A DNA stretch of 64,000 nt, from the NCBI GenBank assembly GCA_965248835.1, contig CBDFLJ010000002.1, positions 2,336,001 through 2,400,000 of the forward strand. Direction: 5' to 3'. A program made the translations under genes and the position numbers. Source of the stretch: Alphaproteobacteria bacterium. GTDB taxonomy: Bacteria; Pseudomonadota; Alphaproteobacteria; MPNO01. Below the pieces are notes generated by a model, which saw only the letters and a program-made list of their open reading frames with translations, had not been told where the DNA came from and searched no databases. Positions 28,751 through 39,320 of the stretch are shown one piece after another (position 1 is the stretch's first letter; the number at the start of each line of letters is the position of its first letter).

Positions 28751-30010
28751 TCAACGCCGAACCGTCAGTGCGCACTGCGCGGCGCGGCCGACCACCATCC
28801 GGGCCAGCCGCGAGAGCGTCCGTTCATCGACCCCGGGTTGCATCAGCGCGCCGGCGACGCCTTCTGCCAGGGTTTGCACGCTTGCGCCGATCTCGCCGAT
28901 CCGGCGGCGGACCAACGGCAGGCCGAGGCCCGCATCGGCCGCGAACGCCGCCCAGGCCTCGGCATCCATCTCGGCGAGCGTCGCGCGCTTGCCGATCTTC
29001 ATCGCCAGCCTGGGCGAAAGTTGGGGATAGGCGGGCGTCGCCAGAAGGTCGTAGAGCGGCGCGAGGCGCGGGCCGGCCTCATCGTACAGCAGGGAGAAGT
29101 TCTTGCCGTGCGCATCGGCGTTGCCGGCGATCAGATTGAAGATCACCGCGTCGAGCAGCTTCAGCACATCAACCGCGGGCCGCGACGCGAGGCGGCGAAG
29201 GATCGCGAAGCAATCCTCGAAGGCCGGGCCGCCCTCGCTTGGGTATTTCAACTCCGGGGCGACGCCGAGCGCCTGGCAAAAGTCCTCCTGGTGAACCCGG
29301 CGGGCGATGCCCTCGGCACCGGCCGATCGGTCGTAGCGCTCGACCAGCAGGAACGTGCGATCCCGCACCACGCGCGCCTCCACCGGCGCGACATCGAGAC
29401 CTGCCGCCGCGGCGAGGCGCATCACGAAGGCCTCGTTCTCGGTCGTGCCGAGAAAGCGCGCGATCGGCGGCTTGAGAATGTGGGTCGTCGGAACCGCTTG
29501 TACGGGCAACGCGACCGCGCCGTCGACCACGACCACCGGCAGCTTCGATTGCGCGCCGGCAAGCGAAAGTCTCAGCCCCCCTTCACCGGCCAGCAGCGGA
29601 CGCACCGGCAGCGTATCGAGCACACGGATCAGGCCCGCCTCGTCGAGCGGCTGCGGCCGCAGGCCCGGAGCGGGCGCCGCCGGCGGTGCTCCGGGCGGCA
29701 GAAGCTGAAGCGCGCCGGCGACATCGCCGCCGAGCCGATCGAGAAGGGCGAAATCATTGGCGCTTGAAACGCCGAGAACTTGCGCCGCCGCATCCCGCTG
29801 GCTTTCCTCGGGCAGCAGGCCGCCGAAAAACGGACGGCATTCGCGGCGGGAATAGGGCATTTCGCGCTTGGGCAAGGAGGCCGACAGGGCCGGAGCGTCC
29901 TCCTGGCCAAGCCAACCGGCCGCGTAGACGAAGCCGAGATCGCCGTGCCAGTCCTGTGTCAGCCGGCCGACATGCCGGCCTTCCCACCAGACATCGAGAA
30001 CACGGTTCAT
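28751..30010 (-). CDS. hipA: HipA family Ser/Thr kinase toxin
   Basis: LSASLP, FFGGLLPE, SLAGAQSK, HQEDFCQALG, GNADAHGKNFS, LAPLYD. Confidence 0.96.
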   Translation of the reverse strand: MNRVLDVWWEGRHVGRLTQDWHGDLGFVYAAGWLGQEDAPALSASLPKREMPYSRRECRPFFGGLLPEESQRDAAAQVLGVSSANDFALLDRLGGDVAGALQLLPPGAPPAAPAPGLRPQPLDEAGLIRVLDTLPVRPLLAGEGGLRLSLAGAQSKLPVVVVDGAVALPVQAVPTTHILKPPIARFLGTTENEAFVMRLAAAAGLDVAPVEARVVRDRTFLLVERYDRSAGAEGIARRVHQEDFCQALGVAPELKYPSEGGPAFEDCFAILRRLASRPAVDVLKLLDAVIFNLIAGNADAHGKNFSLLYDEAGPRLAPLYDLLATPAYPQLSPRLAMKIGKRATLAEMDAEAWAAFAADAGLGLPLVRRRIGEIGASVQTLAEGVAGALMQPGVDERTLSRLARMVVGRAAQCALTVRR

Positions 30011-30255
30011 CGCTTCGCGTTGCGCACGCCGTCGGCTTCCGGAGGCGGTGCGATGTCAAACGAGCAGCCCAGCGCCTGCAGCACCTGGAGCGCTTTGCCG
30101 AGCTGCACGGTGGGTTTTCCGGCTTCGAGATCGACGATGAAGCGCAGCCCGACGCCCGCCGCCCCGGCGAGCTCATACTGCCGCAGGCCAGCGGCTTTGC
30201 GGGCGGCGCGGACGATACGGCCGATCTCGGCCGGGGTCAGGGTTCGCTGAGACAT
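30007..30255 (-). CDS. hipB: HipB-like XRE antitoxin (y4mF-like)
   Basis: RKAAGLRQYELAGAAGVGLRFIVDLEAGKPT; ATGA overlap with hipA. Confidence 0.92.
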   Translation of the reverse strand: MSQRTLTPAEIGRIVRAARKAAGLRQYELAGAAGVGLRFIVDLEAGKPTVQLGKALQVLQALGCSFDIAPPPEADGVRNAKR

Positions 30256-30257
30256 GA

Positions 30258-30372
30258 TATTTACCGATCGGGAATATATTCGGAATCTTCAGGCGTGTCA
30301 ACAAAATTAGCCCGATCGGGAATATTGAGAGCATCCGGCGTTCAAGAATCAGTAAATGCCCCGTCCGGGAAT
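30258..30372 (-). promoter_or_regulatory. Sigma70 promoter TTGACA-N17-TATATT with three operator-like palindromes
   Basis: -35 at 30301-30296 and -10 at 30278-30273; repeats TTACCGATCGGGAAT, GCCCGATCGGGAAT and GCCCCGTCCGGGAAT about 48 bp apart. Confidence 0.75.
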
Positions 30373-30901
30373 GTCACGCGGTTTCGCGTAACGCGTCCTC
30401 GCCAAATACCCGGCAATCCTGCGTGCAGCCGTATCATCGCCGAGGTGCTGCGATGGCCGACGATCGCCGGGCCTTCCGCCGGGTTCGGCGTCAATCAGGC
30501 GATGGTCCGCCCGGCCAGCGCCTCACGGCCGGCATGCCGGTCCTGGGGCAAACGAGCCGAGATTTTCGCGCTGCCAGTGGTCCAACATCGGGGGCAAGTC
30601 CTTCCTCCTGGCTCCAAGACCCGAGGATGGACCGATTCGATGGGGGAGGATCGGCTGCGCGGCAAGCCGACGAAGCCCGCCGGATGTGCGAGCCGGGTGA
30701 GGTCCGTGTGTTGCCCGCGGCGTCTGGGACCGGGAAAACGCGACGCCCGCTCATGGATAGATCAAAGCGCCCCGACCGAGGAGCGTTTCGTTCTCGAGCG
30801 CATCGAAGATGGTTTCCACTTCCGCGAGGGGCACGCGCATACCGACGACGGGCTCCACCAGCCCGCGCGCCCTGATGACGGCATGACTCACGGCGGCGGG
30901 C

Positions 30902-31342
30902 TCAGACCCGGCCCGCGGTGGCGGACTGCGCAAGGTTCAGGCTGCGGATGAACTCGATCAGAAAGGCGGTAGTCAGGCCGAACAGGATCAGCCCGTCGGC
31001 GGCCAGCAGGCCGGACATCAGCCGGTACGGCCTGTCGAGGATGATGTCGCCGAACCCGAGCGTCGTGAAGGCGACGAGGGAAAAGTACACCGCAGTCTCC
31101 AGATCGGCCAGCGCACCGGTCCGATAGAAATAAAGCGCCCAGATCCACACGCTCACGCTCATGCCCGCCAGCAGCCACAGCGAGACGCCGCAGAAGGCGC
31201 CGGCGAGCTTGGGAAATTGCGGCCGACGGCCCAGCCAGCCCCCGCACCGCCGGAGCGCCCACACCGCGAAGGCCATGAACCCGGCCTGAATCGCGATGCT
31301 CAGCAGGATCAGCGCCGATCCGGACACGAGCTGAGCGATCAT
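30902..31342 (-). CDS. Small two-TM potassium channel-like protein (Ion_trans_2)
   Basis: AVYFSLVAFTTLGFGDI selectivity-filter-like motif. Confidence 0.88.
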   Translation of the reverse strand: MIAQLVSGSALILLSIAIQAGFMAFAVWALRRCGGWLGRRPQFPKLAGAFCGVSLWLLAGMSVSVWIWALYFYRTGALADLETAVYFSLVAFTTLGFGDIILDRPYRLMSGLLAADGLILFGLTTAFLIEFIRSLNLAQSATAGRV

Positions 31343-31720
31343 GGGGTATCCTTCTCCTCGCTTGGCACCGCCGGAGCGCCGGGTTTGCCGGCTTCCGGCC
31401 GGGTCTCCAGGCCGGACCCTTCCTGCGCGACAACACATAGATCGCCGAACCGCGGGGGGAAAGTCCGCGCCCCGCTCCTCGATCCCGTCGACCTCCGCGG
31501 GATTTCCTGCACCAGCCGGGCGGTTCTCACCCTCCTGCCCCGTCGGACGACCCGGGCCACTGGCTCACCAACCTGGAGGCGCTGTCGCCCGCCGCGCCCA
31601 TGGTGCAGGCCGCGCTCTACAAGCTCGTGCTCGACCGCAAGGCCGGCGAATAGGAACCGCACGGAGACGGCTGCGCCGGACAGCTGCGCCGGACGTCCAT
31701 GGACGCCCCCTATTTTCCTT

Positions 31721-33268
31721 TCAACCGCGCTTGGCGCGAATGAACCATGCCGGGATGACCGCTGCGAACCCGACGATGGCCAAAACGAGAAATCCGTCAC
31801 GATAGGCCAGCATCTGGGCCTGGTGGGCCACCGTCTGGAACAGGTAGAACAATGACGATGGTCCTTGGATCATTTCCGGCAGGCCGGCGTTTTCGAGCAA
31901 GCGGCGAAGCGCCTCGAGATGCTCCGTCGCCGCGGCATTACCCTCGGTCAAGGTCGCCGCGAGGTGGTCGCGGTAAAGGACGCTGCGCTGATCGGTCGAG
32001 ATCGCCAGGTAGTTGACCCCGAAGGCACCGCCCAGGGTGCGCAGGAAGTTGCTCGCGCCGGACCCCTGGCTGACCAGCTCCGGCGGCAGGACGTGGAGGC
32101 TGGCCGCCGACAGCGGCGGAAAGACCAGCGACAGGCCGACGCGGCTGAGAACGAGCCACCATGCAAACAGCCAGAACGGCGTGTCCACGTCCGCGCCGAC
32201 CATCAGATAGCTGGCATAGCCGAGCATCAGCAATCCGGTGATCATGAACGCGCGGGTCCCGCCCAGATCGGTCAACCGACCGACGATCGGAAAGGCGACG
32301 GCCATGGCCAGGCCGGCGGGGATCTGCAGCAGGCCCGACCGGGTCGGCGTGTAGCCTTGGACGAGCTGGACGAACAAGGGCGAGATATAGAGCGATCCGT
32401 ACAGGGCCAGGCCGAATACGAACGACACGAAGGCGCAGGCGCAGAACTTGTAGGATGTGAACAGCCGCAGGTTGAGCAGCGGCGCCGGTGTCGACAACTC
32501 CCAGATCACGAATCCCACAAACCCTGCCATGGAGGCCAGCAAGTAGGCGGCGATCCCATCGGAGTACCAACCGTCGCGGGGACCGTTGGTCAGGCCGACC
32601 ATCAGACAGACGATGAACACCAGCAAAAACGCGAACCCGATCCAATCGAAACCGACAGCCTCCACGCGTCGATCCCGCGGCGGGATCGCGAATAGCGCCA
32701 TGACCGAGGCGCACAGGCAGAACGGGACCGGAATGACCATGACCGAGTGCCAGCTCAGGGCGTCCACCGCCAGCCCGCCGACATAGGGCCCGACCGCCGG
32801 TGCCAGGATGACGCCGAGACCGTAAATGCCCATCGCCTTGCCGCGTTCGTTCGCGGGAAAGATCTGAAACATCGTCAGCATGGCGAGCGGCTGGATGATC
32901 CCGGCGGCGGCCCCTTGCAGGACACGACCTAAAATCAGGACCTCGATGCTGGTCGCGGTCCCGCCGATGAACGATCCCGCTACGAACACCGCCATGGCCG
33001 ACAGATAGGTCATGCGTCGGCCGATGCGCCGAATGCTCCAGTCGGCCAACAGCATCGCGCTGGTCGTCGCCGCCAGATAGCCCGACGACAGCCACTGCGC
33101 CTTGTCCTGACCGATGCCGAAGGCACCCATGATGTCGGGGATCGCGACATTGATGATGGTCGCGGTCAGGATCATCGCGATGGATCCGATCGAGACCGTC
33201 GCCGCGACGAGCCAGCGATTGGCGAACGCGCCGGGTTCAGCGGTCGTCGCGGCGCGAAGGGATGACAA
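31721..33268 (-). CDS. emrB: DHA2 family MFS efflux permease (EmrB/QacA)
   Basis: TIINVAIPDI, RVLQG, APAVGP, FDWIG, PLLNLRLF; many TM segments. Confidence 0.93.
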   Translation of the reverse strand: MSSLRAATTAEPGAFANRWLVAATVSIGSIAMILTATIINVAIPDIMGAFGIGQDKAQWLSSGYLAATTSAMLLADWSIRRIGRRMTYLSAMAVFVAGSFIGGTATSIEVLILGRVLQGAAAGIIQPLAMLTMFQIFPANERGKAMGIYGLGVILAPAVGPYVGGLAVDALSWHSVMVIPVPFCLCASVMALFAIPPRDRRVEAVGFDWIGFAFLLVFIVCLMVGLTNGPRDGWYSDGIAAYLLASMAGFVGFVIWELSTPAPLLNLRLFTSYKFCACAFVSFVFGLALYGSLYISPLFVQLVQGYTPTRSGLLQIPAGLAMAVAFPIVGRLTDLGGTRAFMITGLLMLGYASYLMVGADVDTPFWLFAWWLVLSRVGLSLVFPPLSAASLHVLPPELVSQGSGASNFLRTLGGAFGVNYLAISTDQRSVLYRDHLAATLTEGNAAATEHLEALRRLLENAGLPEMIQGPSSLFYLFQTVAHQAQMLAYRDGFLVLAIVGFAAVIPAWFIRAKRG

Positions 33269-34358
33269 TCTCGATCTCCACCATCATCCCGGGTGCCAGC
33301 GACAGCCCGTCACGCTCGATGGCGATCTTCACCGGGATCCGCTGCGAGATCTTGGTGAAATTCCCGCTCGGATTCGGACTGCGAAGAAGCGCAAACTGGC
33401 TTGTCGCGGCATTGCCGATCCGCACGACCTTGCCCGGGATGGAGCGGCCGGGATAGGCATCGACCATAACCTCGACGGGCGCGCCGACTTCGATGTGGCG
33501 CAGATCGGTCTCGCGGACGTTGGCATTGACCCAGACGTTCGCCGGGTCGTGGATCAACACCAGCCGTTGACCGGCCCTGACATACTCGCCGGCATCGACG
33601 AACGTCTGATCCACCAGACCGTTTATCGGGCTGACGATCGTCCGGTCATCGACCTCCAGCCGCTGTTGCTCGACTTGGGCCGCGACCCGCCTGGCCTCCG
33701 CGCGCAAGCGGTCGATCTGCCGGTTCAACACCGATACCTGCTTCAGGGCGGCCTTGGCTTCGGACAATTGCGCCTCGCGCGCCGCCAGCTCGGCGATCGC
33801 CTGGCTTTGCCGGTCGCGGGAGTCGCGCAAGGCTGCCTCGGCGGTCTCCAAGCGCTGCTGGGGCACGATCTTCCGGCCTGCCAGCGACCGGGTGCGCCGA
33901 TGTTCCGACGACAACAGATCGACCCGCGTCTTGGCGGCCTTGACGGCCGATCGGCCGGCGTTCACCCGGTGCCTCTGGGCATCGATCCGGTGCCGGGTCT
34001 GGCTCCGGATCATCGAGATCTCGGCTTCGGTCATTTTCTGCTCGGCCTCGATCTCGTCGATGCGCGCCTTGAGCTCCTCCAGCTTGTGCCTGGCGTCGCG
34101 CGCATCGACGTGGACCAGCACGCTGCCGGTGCGGATTCTGTCGCCCTGTTCGACATTGAGCTCGACGACCCAGCCGGCGACGCGGCTGCTGATCGAGACC
34201 ATGTCGGAGGCAATCCGCGCGTCGGTCTCGAACACGTGGCCCGCCCGGTGCTCGACCCACTGCGCCCCCCAATAGGCCCCGGCGCCGAGCGCAACCACGG
34301 CGACCGATGCGCGCAGGCGGAGGCGCGACCGCCGCGCGCGGCCCGGCCCCTCAGTCAT
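33237..34358 (-). CDS. emrA: EmrA/HlyD family membrane fusion protein
   Basis: TDA, coiled coil, VDAYPG, NPSGNFTKISQRIPVKI. Confidence 0.93.
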   Translation of the reverse strand: MTEGPGRARRSRLRLRASVAVVALGAGAYWGAQWVEHRAGHVFETDARIASDMVSISSRVAGWVVELNVEQGDRIRTGSVLVHVDARDARHKLEELKARIDEIEAEQKMTEAEISMIRSQTRHRIDAQRHRVNAGRSAVKAAKTRVDLLSSEHRRTRSLAGRKIVPQQRLETAEAALRDSRDRQSQAIAELAAREAQLSEAKAALKQVSVLNRQIDRLRAEARRVAAQVEQQRLEVDDRTIVSPINGLVDQTFVDAGEYVRAGQRLVLIHDPANVWVNANVRETDLRHIEVGAPVEVMVDAYPGRSIPGKVVRIGNAATSQFALLRSPNPSGNFTKISQRIPVKIAIERDGLSLAPGMMVEIEIVIPSRRDDR

Positions 34359-34809
34359 CTTTCGCGTCCAGTCGTTCGGCGTTGCGCTTGATGCATTCGA
34401 AGACATCCAGGCACGTCGCCAACTGGTCTTCGCCGATTCCGTCGAGCAGCTCCAGGCGCACGCGGTCGGCGACGCCCTGAATGCCGAGAACGCGGTTCCG
34501 GCCGACCCCGGTCAGATGGATGATCCTGCCCCGCCGATCGCCGGGCGAGACCTGGCGCTCCAGCAGCCCCTCGGATTCGAGCAGATCCAACAGACGGACC
34601 AGGCTGGGCCCTTCGATCCCGATCGCGACGGCCAAGTCCTTTTGCTGGATACCGTCGGCGGCCCGGGACACGAAAAACAGCGTCCGCCACGTCGCCTGCG
34701 AGAATCCTTCCGGGCGCAGCCTCGCATCGAGGAGACGGCGCCACTTGTGAGCCATCTCGACGAACACGAGCCCGAACGCGGCGACCAGCCGATCGCGATT
34801 GCCTGCCAT
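34351..34809 (-). CDS. MarR/SlyA family regulator
   Basis: QKDLAVAIGIEGPSLVRLLDLLE, DRR; upstream palindrome ATTAG-N9-CTAAT at 34808-34826. Confidence 0.93.
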   Translation of the reverse strand: MAGNRDRLVAAFGLVFVEMAHKWRRLLDARLRPEGFSQATWRTLFFVSRAADGIQQKDLAVAIGIEGPSLVRLLDLLESEGLLERQVSPGDRRGRIIHLTGVGRNRVLGIQGVADRVRLELLDGIGEDQLATCLDVFECIKRNAERLDAKDD

Positions 34810-34879
34810 TAGATATGCATCCTAATAAATAGCGTACTATCAAAATCGACGCTGTCAACCGAGGTGCGGGCCGGGAACG

Positions 34880-35293
34880 GATTGATCACACCAACCTGGT
34901 CGCAATGCGCTCCAGAACCCGCGGCGGGGCACGAGTTTGAAGCCCGGCTCGTCGTCGAGGCGGCGCACGACCTCGATGACGAGGTCGAGGAAGGCGGCCT
35001 TGTCCATGAGCTGGGTCCGATCGTAGTCGCCGTCGGCGAACAAGTGCTTGACCCACGGCCAACGCTTGCGGATGCCCTCCTGGATCATCTGGGCGCCGGA
35101 GCTGTCGGAGATATCGGCCGGGGTGAGGTTGACCATCAGCAGGCGGCCGTCGGTGTCCACCACCACATGCCGCTTGCGCCCGACCGTCTTCTTGGCCGCA
35201 TCGTAGCCCCGCTTCGCGCCCGGCGCGGGAGCCTTGAGCGTCTGGCTGCCGATGACCCCGGCCCCCATGGGAATCCCCGTTCTCAAACGGACA
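34880..35293 (-). mobile_element. Internally deleted IS5-family (IS1031-like) transposase
   Basis: GYDAAKKTVGRKRHVVVDTDG, FADGDYD; end sequence TTCTCAAACGG. Confidence 0.82.
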
Positions 35294-35352
35294 CCAAGGC
35301 CCGGAATAGCGGCTCCAGTCGACGACGTTGTTGTCCTGCAGGGCCTACAAAT

Positions 35353-35620
35353 TCAATTTGAAGGCGCTGAAAGAAAATTTCGAACGGCTCTGTTAAATTC
35401 TGCCGGTTGCTCAATGTTCGAGATGTGACCTGCTTGGGCGAGCTCGATGAATTGCGAGCCGCGCACCGCCTCGCGCATCTTGCGCATCACATCGGTGGGG
35501 ACCCCGGCGTCTTTTCCGCCGGCGATGAACAGCATTGGAGCGCCGATCTCTTGAAGCCTCTGCTGGTGGTCGAGACCCAGCAAGGCGCGCACGCAGCCAA
35601 CGTAACCTGCGGCCGCAGGT
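35353..35620 (-). pseudogene. Alpha/beta hydrolase (PcaD-like) C-terminal remnant
   Basis: LFIAGGKD, AGHISNIEQPAEF. Confidence 0.7.
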
Positions 35621-35748
35621 GACCCTCAGCGGACGCTGCCTATCGGGCCGCCATCTTCCGAGTCCAGGCCTTAGGAGACATAGCTGTCAGGTATATCGGG
35701 CACACAAGTGCGGTCGCGCTGTTCAAGCTCGATCTGGACTGACCGGGT

Positions 35749-37089
35749 TCAGCCGAGCGCGGCCTCGACCCCCGCGGCGAGGCGGAGCAGGGCGCGGTCG
35801 CCCATCCGCTCGCCCATCAGCATGAGGCCAACCGGCGCCTCGCCTGCGGCTTGGCAGGGCAGCGTGATCGCGCAGCGGCCGAGGAAGTTCGCCACGACCG
35901 TGTTGCGGAGGATCAGCGCGTTCGCCGCCATCCACCGATCCCGGTCTTCGGTGAAGTCCGTGATCGGCGGGGCTATGATCGGCACCGTCGGCATCGCCAC
36001 CGCATCGTAGTCGGCGGTAACCCGGTCGGCGCGTTTGGAAAGCGCCGCGCGGCCCTCGAGCATGGCGATGTAGTCGGCCGCGGTGATCTTGGCACCGCCC
36101 CGCAGACGCTCGGCGATCATCGCGTCGCAGAGATGGCCCCGGCTCTCCAGCAGCTCGCGGTGCAAGGCATAGCCCTCGGCGATCGGGATCGTGCCATGCC
36201 GGTGGATGCCGGCGATCTCGTTGAGTTCGGGAAAGTCGATCTCGACGATCTGTGCGCCGGCCGCCGACAGCCGCGCGAGCGCGCTCTGGAAGGCCGCCGA
36301 GACCGCCTCGTCGAGGTCGTCCAGGGCCAGGCTATCGGGCACGGCGATCTTGGCGTGTGCCACCGGGGCAGGCCGCAGCGGGGAAGGCGCTGTGCCGGCG
36401 AAGACCGCATCGAGCGACGCGCAGCAGGCGACCGACCGCGCCAGGGGACCCACCGAGTCCAAAGTGAACGAGAGCGGAAAGACGCCCTCGGTCGGGATGC
36501 GCCCGACGGTCGGTTTGAAACCGACGAGGCCGCAGAGGCCGGCTGGCACGCGGATCGAGCCGGCGGTATCGGTGCCGAGCGCCGCCGCCGCCATGCCATC
36601 GGTCACCGACACCGCGGCGCCGGCGGACGACCCGCCGGGGATCCGCCCGGTGGCGCGGTCCCACGGGTTCCTGGGCGTGCCGTAATGTGGGTTGACGCCG
36701 ACGACGCCCAAGGCGAACTCGTTTATGTTTGTGGTGCCGACGATGACCGCGCCGGCGGCGCGGAGCCGCGCGACAACAGCGGCGTCGGCCGCCGCCGGCG
36801 GGCGGTGCTCCAGCGCCCTGGAGCCGGCGAGCGTGGTGTAGCCCGCGACATCGCAGAGGTCCTTCACCGAGATCGGGATACCGGCGAGCGGCGAGGGCAC
36901 GATTCCGTGTCCGCGCATCGCATCGCTCGCCTCGGCGGTGGCTGTCGCCGCGTCCTTGAAAAGGTGGATAAAGCTGCGCCCGCCCTCACCGTTCGGCTCC
37001 TCGATGCGCTCGAACGCCTCGGCGACGAGCCGGACGCTGGTCGTGCGCCCGCCCGCAAGCGCGTCCGCGATTTCTTGCAGCGTGTTCAT
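35749..37089 (-). CDS. Amidase signature family protein
   Basis: GIPISVKD, GGSSAG, GTDTAGSIRVPA. Confidence 0.95.
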   Translation of the reverse strand: MNTLQEIADALAGGRTTSVRLVAEAFERIEEPNGEGGRSFIHLFKDAATATAEASDAMRGHGIVPSPLAGIPISVKDLCDVAGYTTLAGSRALEHRPPAAADAAVVARLRAAGAVIVGTTNINEFALGVVGVNPHYGTPRNPWDRATGRIPGGSSAGAAVSVTDGMAAAALGTDTAGSIRVPAGLCGLVGFKPTVGRIPTEGVFPLSFTLDSVGPLARSVACCASLDAVFAGTAPSPLRPAPVAHAKIAVPDSLALDDLDEAVSAAFQSALARLSAAGAQIVEIDFPELNEIAGIHRHGTIPIAEGYALHRELLESRGHLCDAMIAERLRGGAKITAADYIAMLEGRAALSKRADRVTADYDAVAMPTVPIIAPPITDFTEDRDRWMAANALILRNTVVANFLGRCAITLPCQAAGEAPVGLMLMGERMGDRALLRLAAGVEAALG

Positions 37090-37494
37090 CGTCCGCCTGT
37101 CGCCGGCAGGGATTTTCAACCAGGCCTCAGCTGTCCGAGACAGTATGTGCGCCGTCGCTGGGTCCCCGGTTGATGTCATTCTACTAGCTTTGAGCCGGAG
37201 TCCAACGCCGTTTTACAAGGTTCTGTGCCTCGACCATTGGACCCTGGCTCAAAGCCGGGGTGACCATTATTGCCATGGATGACGGCCAAGGCAAATTTAT
37301 GGAAACAAGGGCGAAGGGCCCGCCGGCGACTCTCCGGCCCGCAGGACGCGGGCGTCGACAAAGAAAGTCGCGGCTCAGTAGTCCAGCTTTTCAGGCGCTT
37401 CGCGTTTCCTCGATCACGAAATTGTCGCCCTTCACTTGCTAGAACTTGAGAGAGCATAGTTCTTCGATCCGGCAGCCGGTCCAAATGCCAAGCT

Positions 37495-37625
37495 CCCTAC
37501 CCTCAGTCGTTCTCGGAACGGCCGATCCCACTTTAGGTGCCTTTCACTCCTCATAGCCTCTTTCCTGCTCTGGTATCGCTCAGCGTACAGCAGCCTCCAT
37601 TCCCCGACTCTGGTCGATTGGTCCC
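37495..37625 (-). pseudogene. GIY-YIG nuclease (UPF0213-like) C-terminal remnant
   Basis: STR...WRLLYAERYQSRKEAM.SE.HLK. Confidence 0.6.
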
Positions 37626-38132
37626 GATGCCGTTGTTGTCGCCGATCGCCGCGACATGCCGCCATCAACCGCCGAAACAAGACGCTCACGCAAATCAATC
37701 GAAAGAGATTTCGCCATCCCGGCTGGCCTCCTTCACCAGCCCACATCTTGAATCAGATAAAACGAACCGTGGGAATCTGGAGGGTTCTGTGAGGTCGCGC
37801 CGCTCGAACGGCGGAGGATGGCGCGGGACGCGACCTGATTGAAGCCGGATTGAACGAAGCCGCGGGATGGCGGGCGGGCTATGGGGATTGTGGCTGCGGC
37901 GCCTGGTCCGAGAGGCCGGAATGGACCGGTGGCATGTCTGACGGATCGGCCTCATCGAGTGGGTGGCGGCCGGGTCTGGGATGCCGGTCCGGACGACGGG
38001 CTGCGGCTTCACTTCGGCGGCTACGATTGTGGCGTCGTGCGAGGCGGGCAGCGTCGCGGGATAGACCGGCTCGGTATCCGACGTGCAGGGTGCTGGGCAT
38101 TTGTGGTCCGGTGCTGTCCGACGGGCGGAGTG

Positions 38133-39311
38133 TCATGAGCTGTCCTGCCAGAAGGATGGCCGGCATGGCTCCGGCCGGGGCAGGATGGTGAGGATGATCA
38201 TGGTGCCGTTGCAGCACGGGCAGCGGTCGGGCGGGTGAGCCGGGACGGTGTCCCTGGCCTGCTCGGCGGCCGGTTGCGGTGGCGGGGCGTCGAGCAGTTT
38301 GCGGCAAAGCGCGAGCTTCGCCGCGCGGTGTCCGTTGGCGAGGAAGCCGTAGTGGCGGATGCGATGGAAGCCGTCCGGCAGGGTGTGCAGTAGAAAGCGG
38401 CGGATGAACTCGTCTGCGTCCAGGGTCATGACCTTCGTCTTGCCATGGTGGCGATAGTCCTTCCAGCGGAAGGCGACCTCGTCATCGGTTACGCCGACCA
38501 ACCGGGAGTTGGCGATCGCGACCCGATGGGTGTAGCGGCCGAGATAGGCGAAGACCTGCTCGGGGCCGCCGAAGGGCGGCTTGGCGTATACGACCCATTC
38601 GAGGCGACGCAACTCGCGGAGGCGGCTAATGAAGGCCTCAGGATCCGCGAGCCCGGCGAGCGCGCCAAAGAAGCCCAGACCGCCGGCCTCGAAGGCGGCG
38701 TGCAGTGCGTCGAGGAACAGGCGGCGGAAGAGGCGCGAGAGCACGCGGACCGGCAGGAAGAACCCCGGCCGGCACGGCACCCAGCGCGAGCCATCTGGAG
38801 ATGGGCCGCCGCCCGGCACGACGCAATGGACATGCGGATGATGGTGCAGGGTCTGGCCCCAGGTATGGAGCACGGCGACGAGGCCGATCTCGGCGCCGAG
38901 ATGCTTCGGGTCGGCGGCGATCCTGCGCAGCGTCTCGGCGGCGGTTCGGAACAGGACGGCGTAGACCGTCTCCTTGTTCTGGAAGGCGATCTCGGCCACC
39001 GGTGCGGGCAGCGTGAACACGACGTGGAAGTACGGCGCCGCCAGCAGCTCGGCCTGCCGGGCCTCGAGCCATGCGGCACGCGCCTGTCCCTGGCACTTCG
39101 GACAGTGCCGGTTGCGGCAGGAGTTATAGGAATGACGTATGAGGCCGCAATCGGAGCAGAACTCGGTGTGGCCGCCCAGCGCCGCCGTCCGGCACAGCGC
39201 GATGGCGCTCATCACCCGCCGCTCGACGCGGCCCAAATGACCATCGTGCGCGCGGCGATAGGCGTCGCCGTGGCGGCGCAAGACGTCCGCCACTTCTAGA
39301 CCGGCCGACAT
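38133..39311 (-). CDS. IS91-like (Y2 HUH) transposase with zinc-binding domain
   Basis: CRTAALGG, YNSCRNRHCPKCQ, HPHVH (HUH), YLGRYTHR (Y2), RHYG. Confidence 0.95.
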   Translation of the reverse strand: MSAGLEVADVLRRHGDAYRRAHDGHLGRVERRVMSAIALCRTAALGGHTEFCSDCGLIRHSYNSCRNRHCPKCQGQARAAWLEARQAELLAAPYFHVVFTLPAPVAEIAFQNKETVYAVLFRTAAETLRRIAADPKHLGAEIGLVAVLHTWGQTLHHHPHVHCVVPGGGPSPDGSRWVPCRPGFFLPVRVLSRLFRRLFLDALHAAFEAGGLGFFGALAGLADPEAFISRLRELRRLEWVVYAKPPFGGPEQVFAYLGRYTHRVAIANSRLVGVTDDEVAFRWKDYRHHGKTKVMTLDADEFIRRFLLHTLPDGFHRIRHYGFLANGHRAAKLALCRKLLDAPPPQPAAEQARDTVPAHPPDRCPCCNGTMIILTILPRPEPCRPSFWQDSS

Positions 39312-39320
39312 GGCGCCGGA

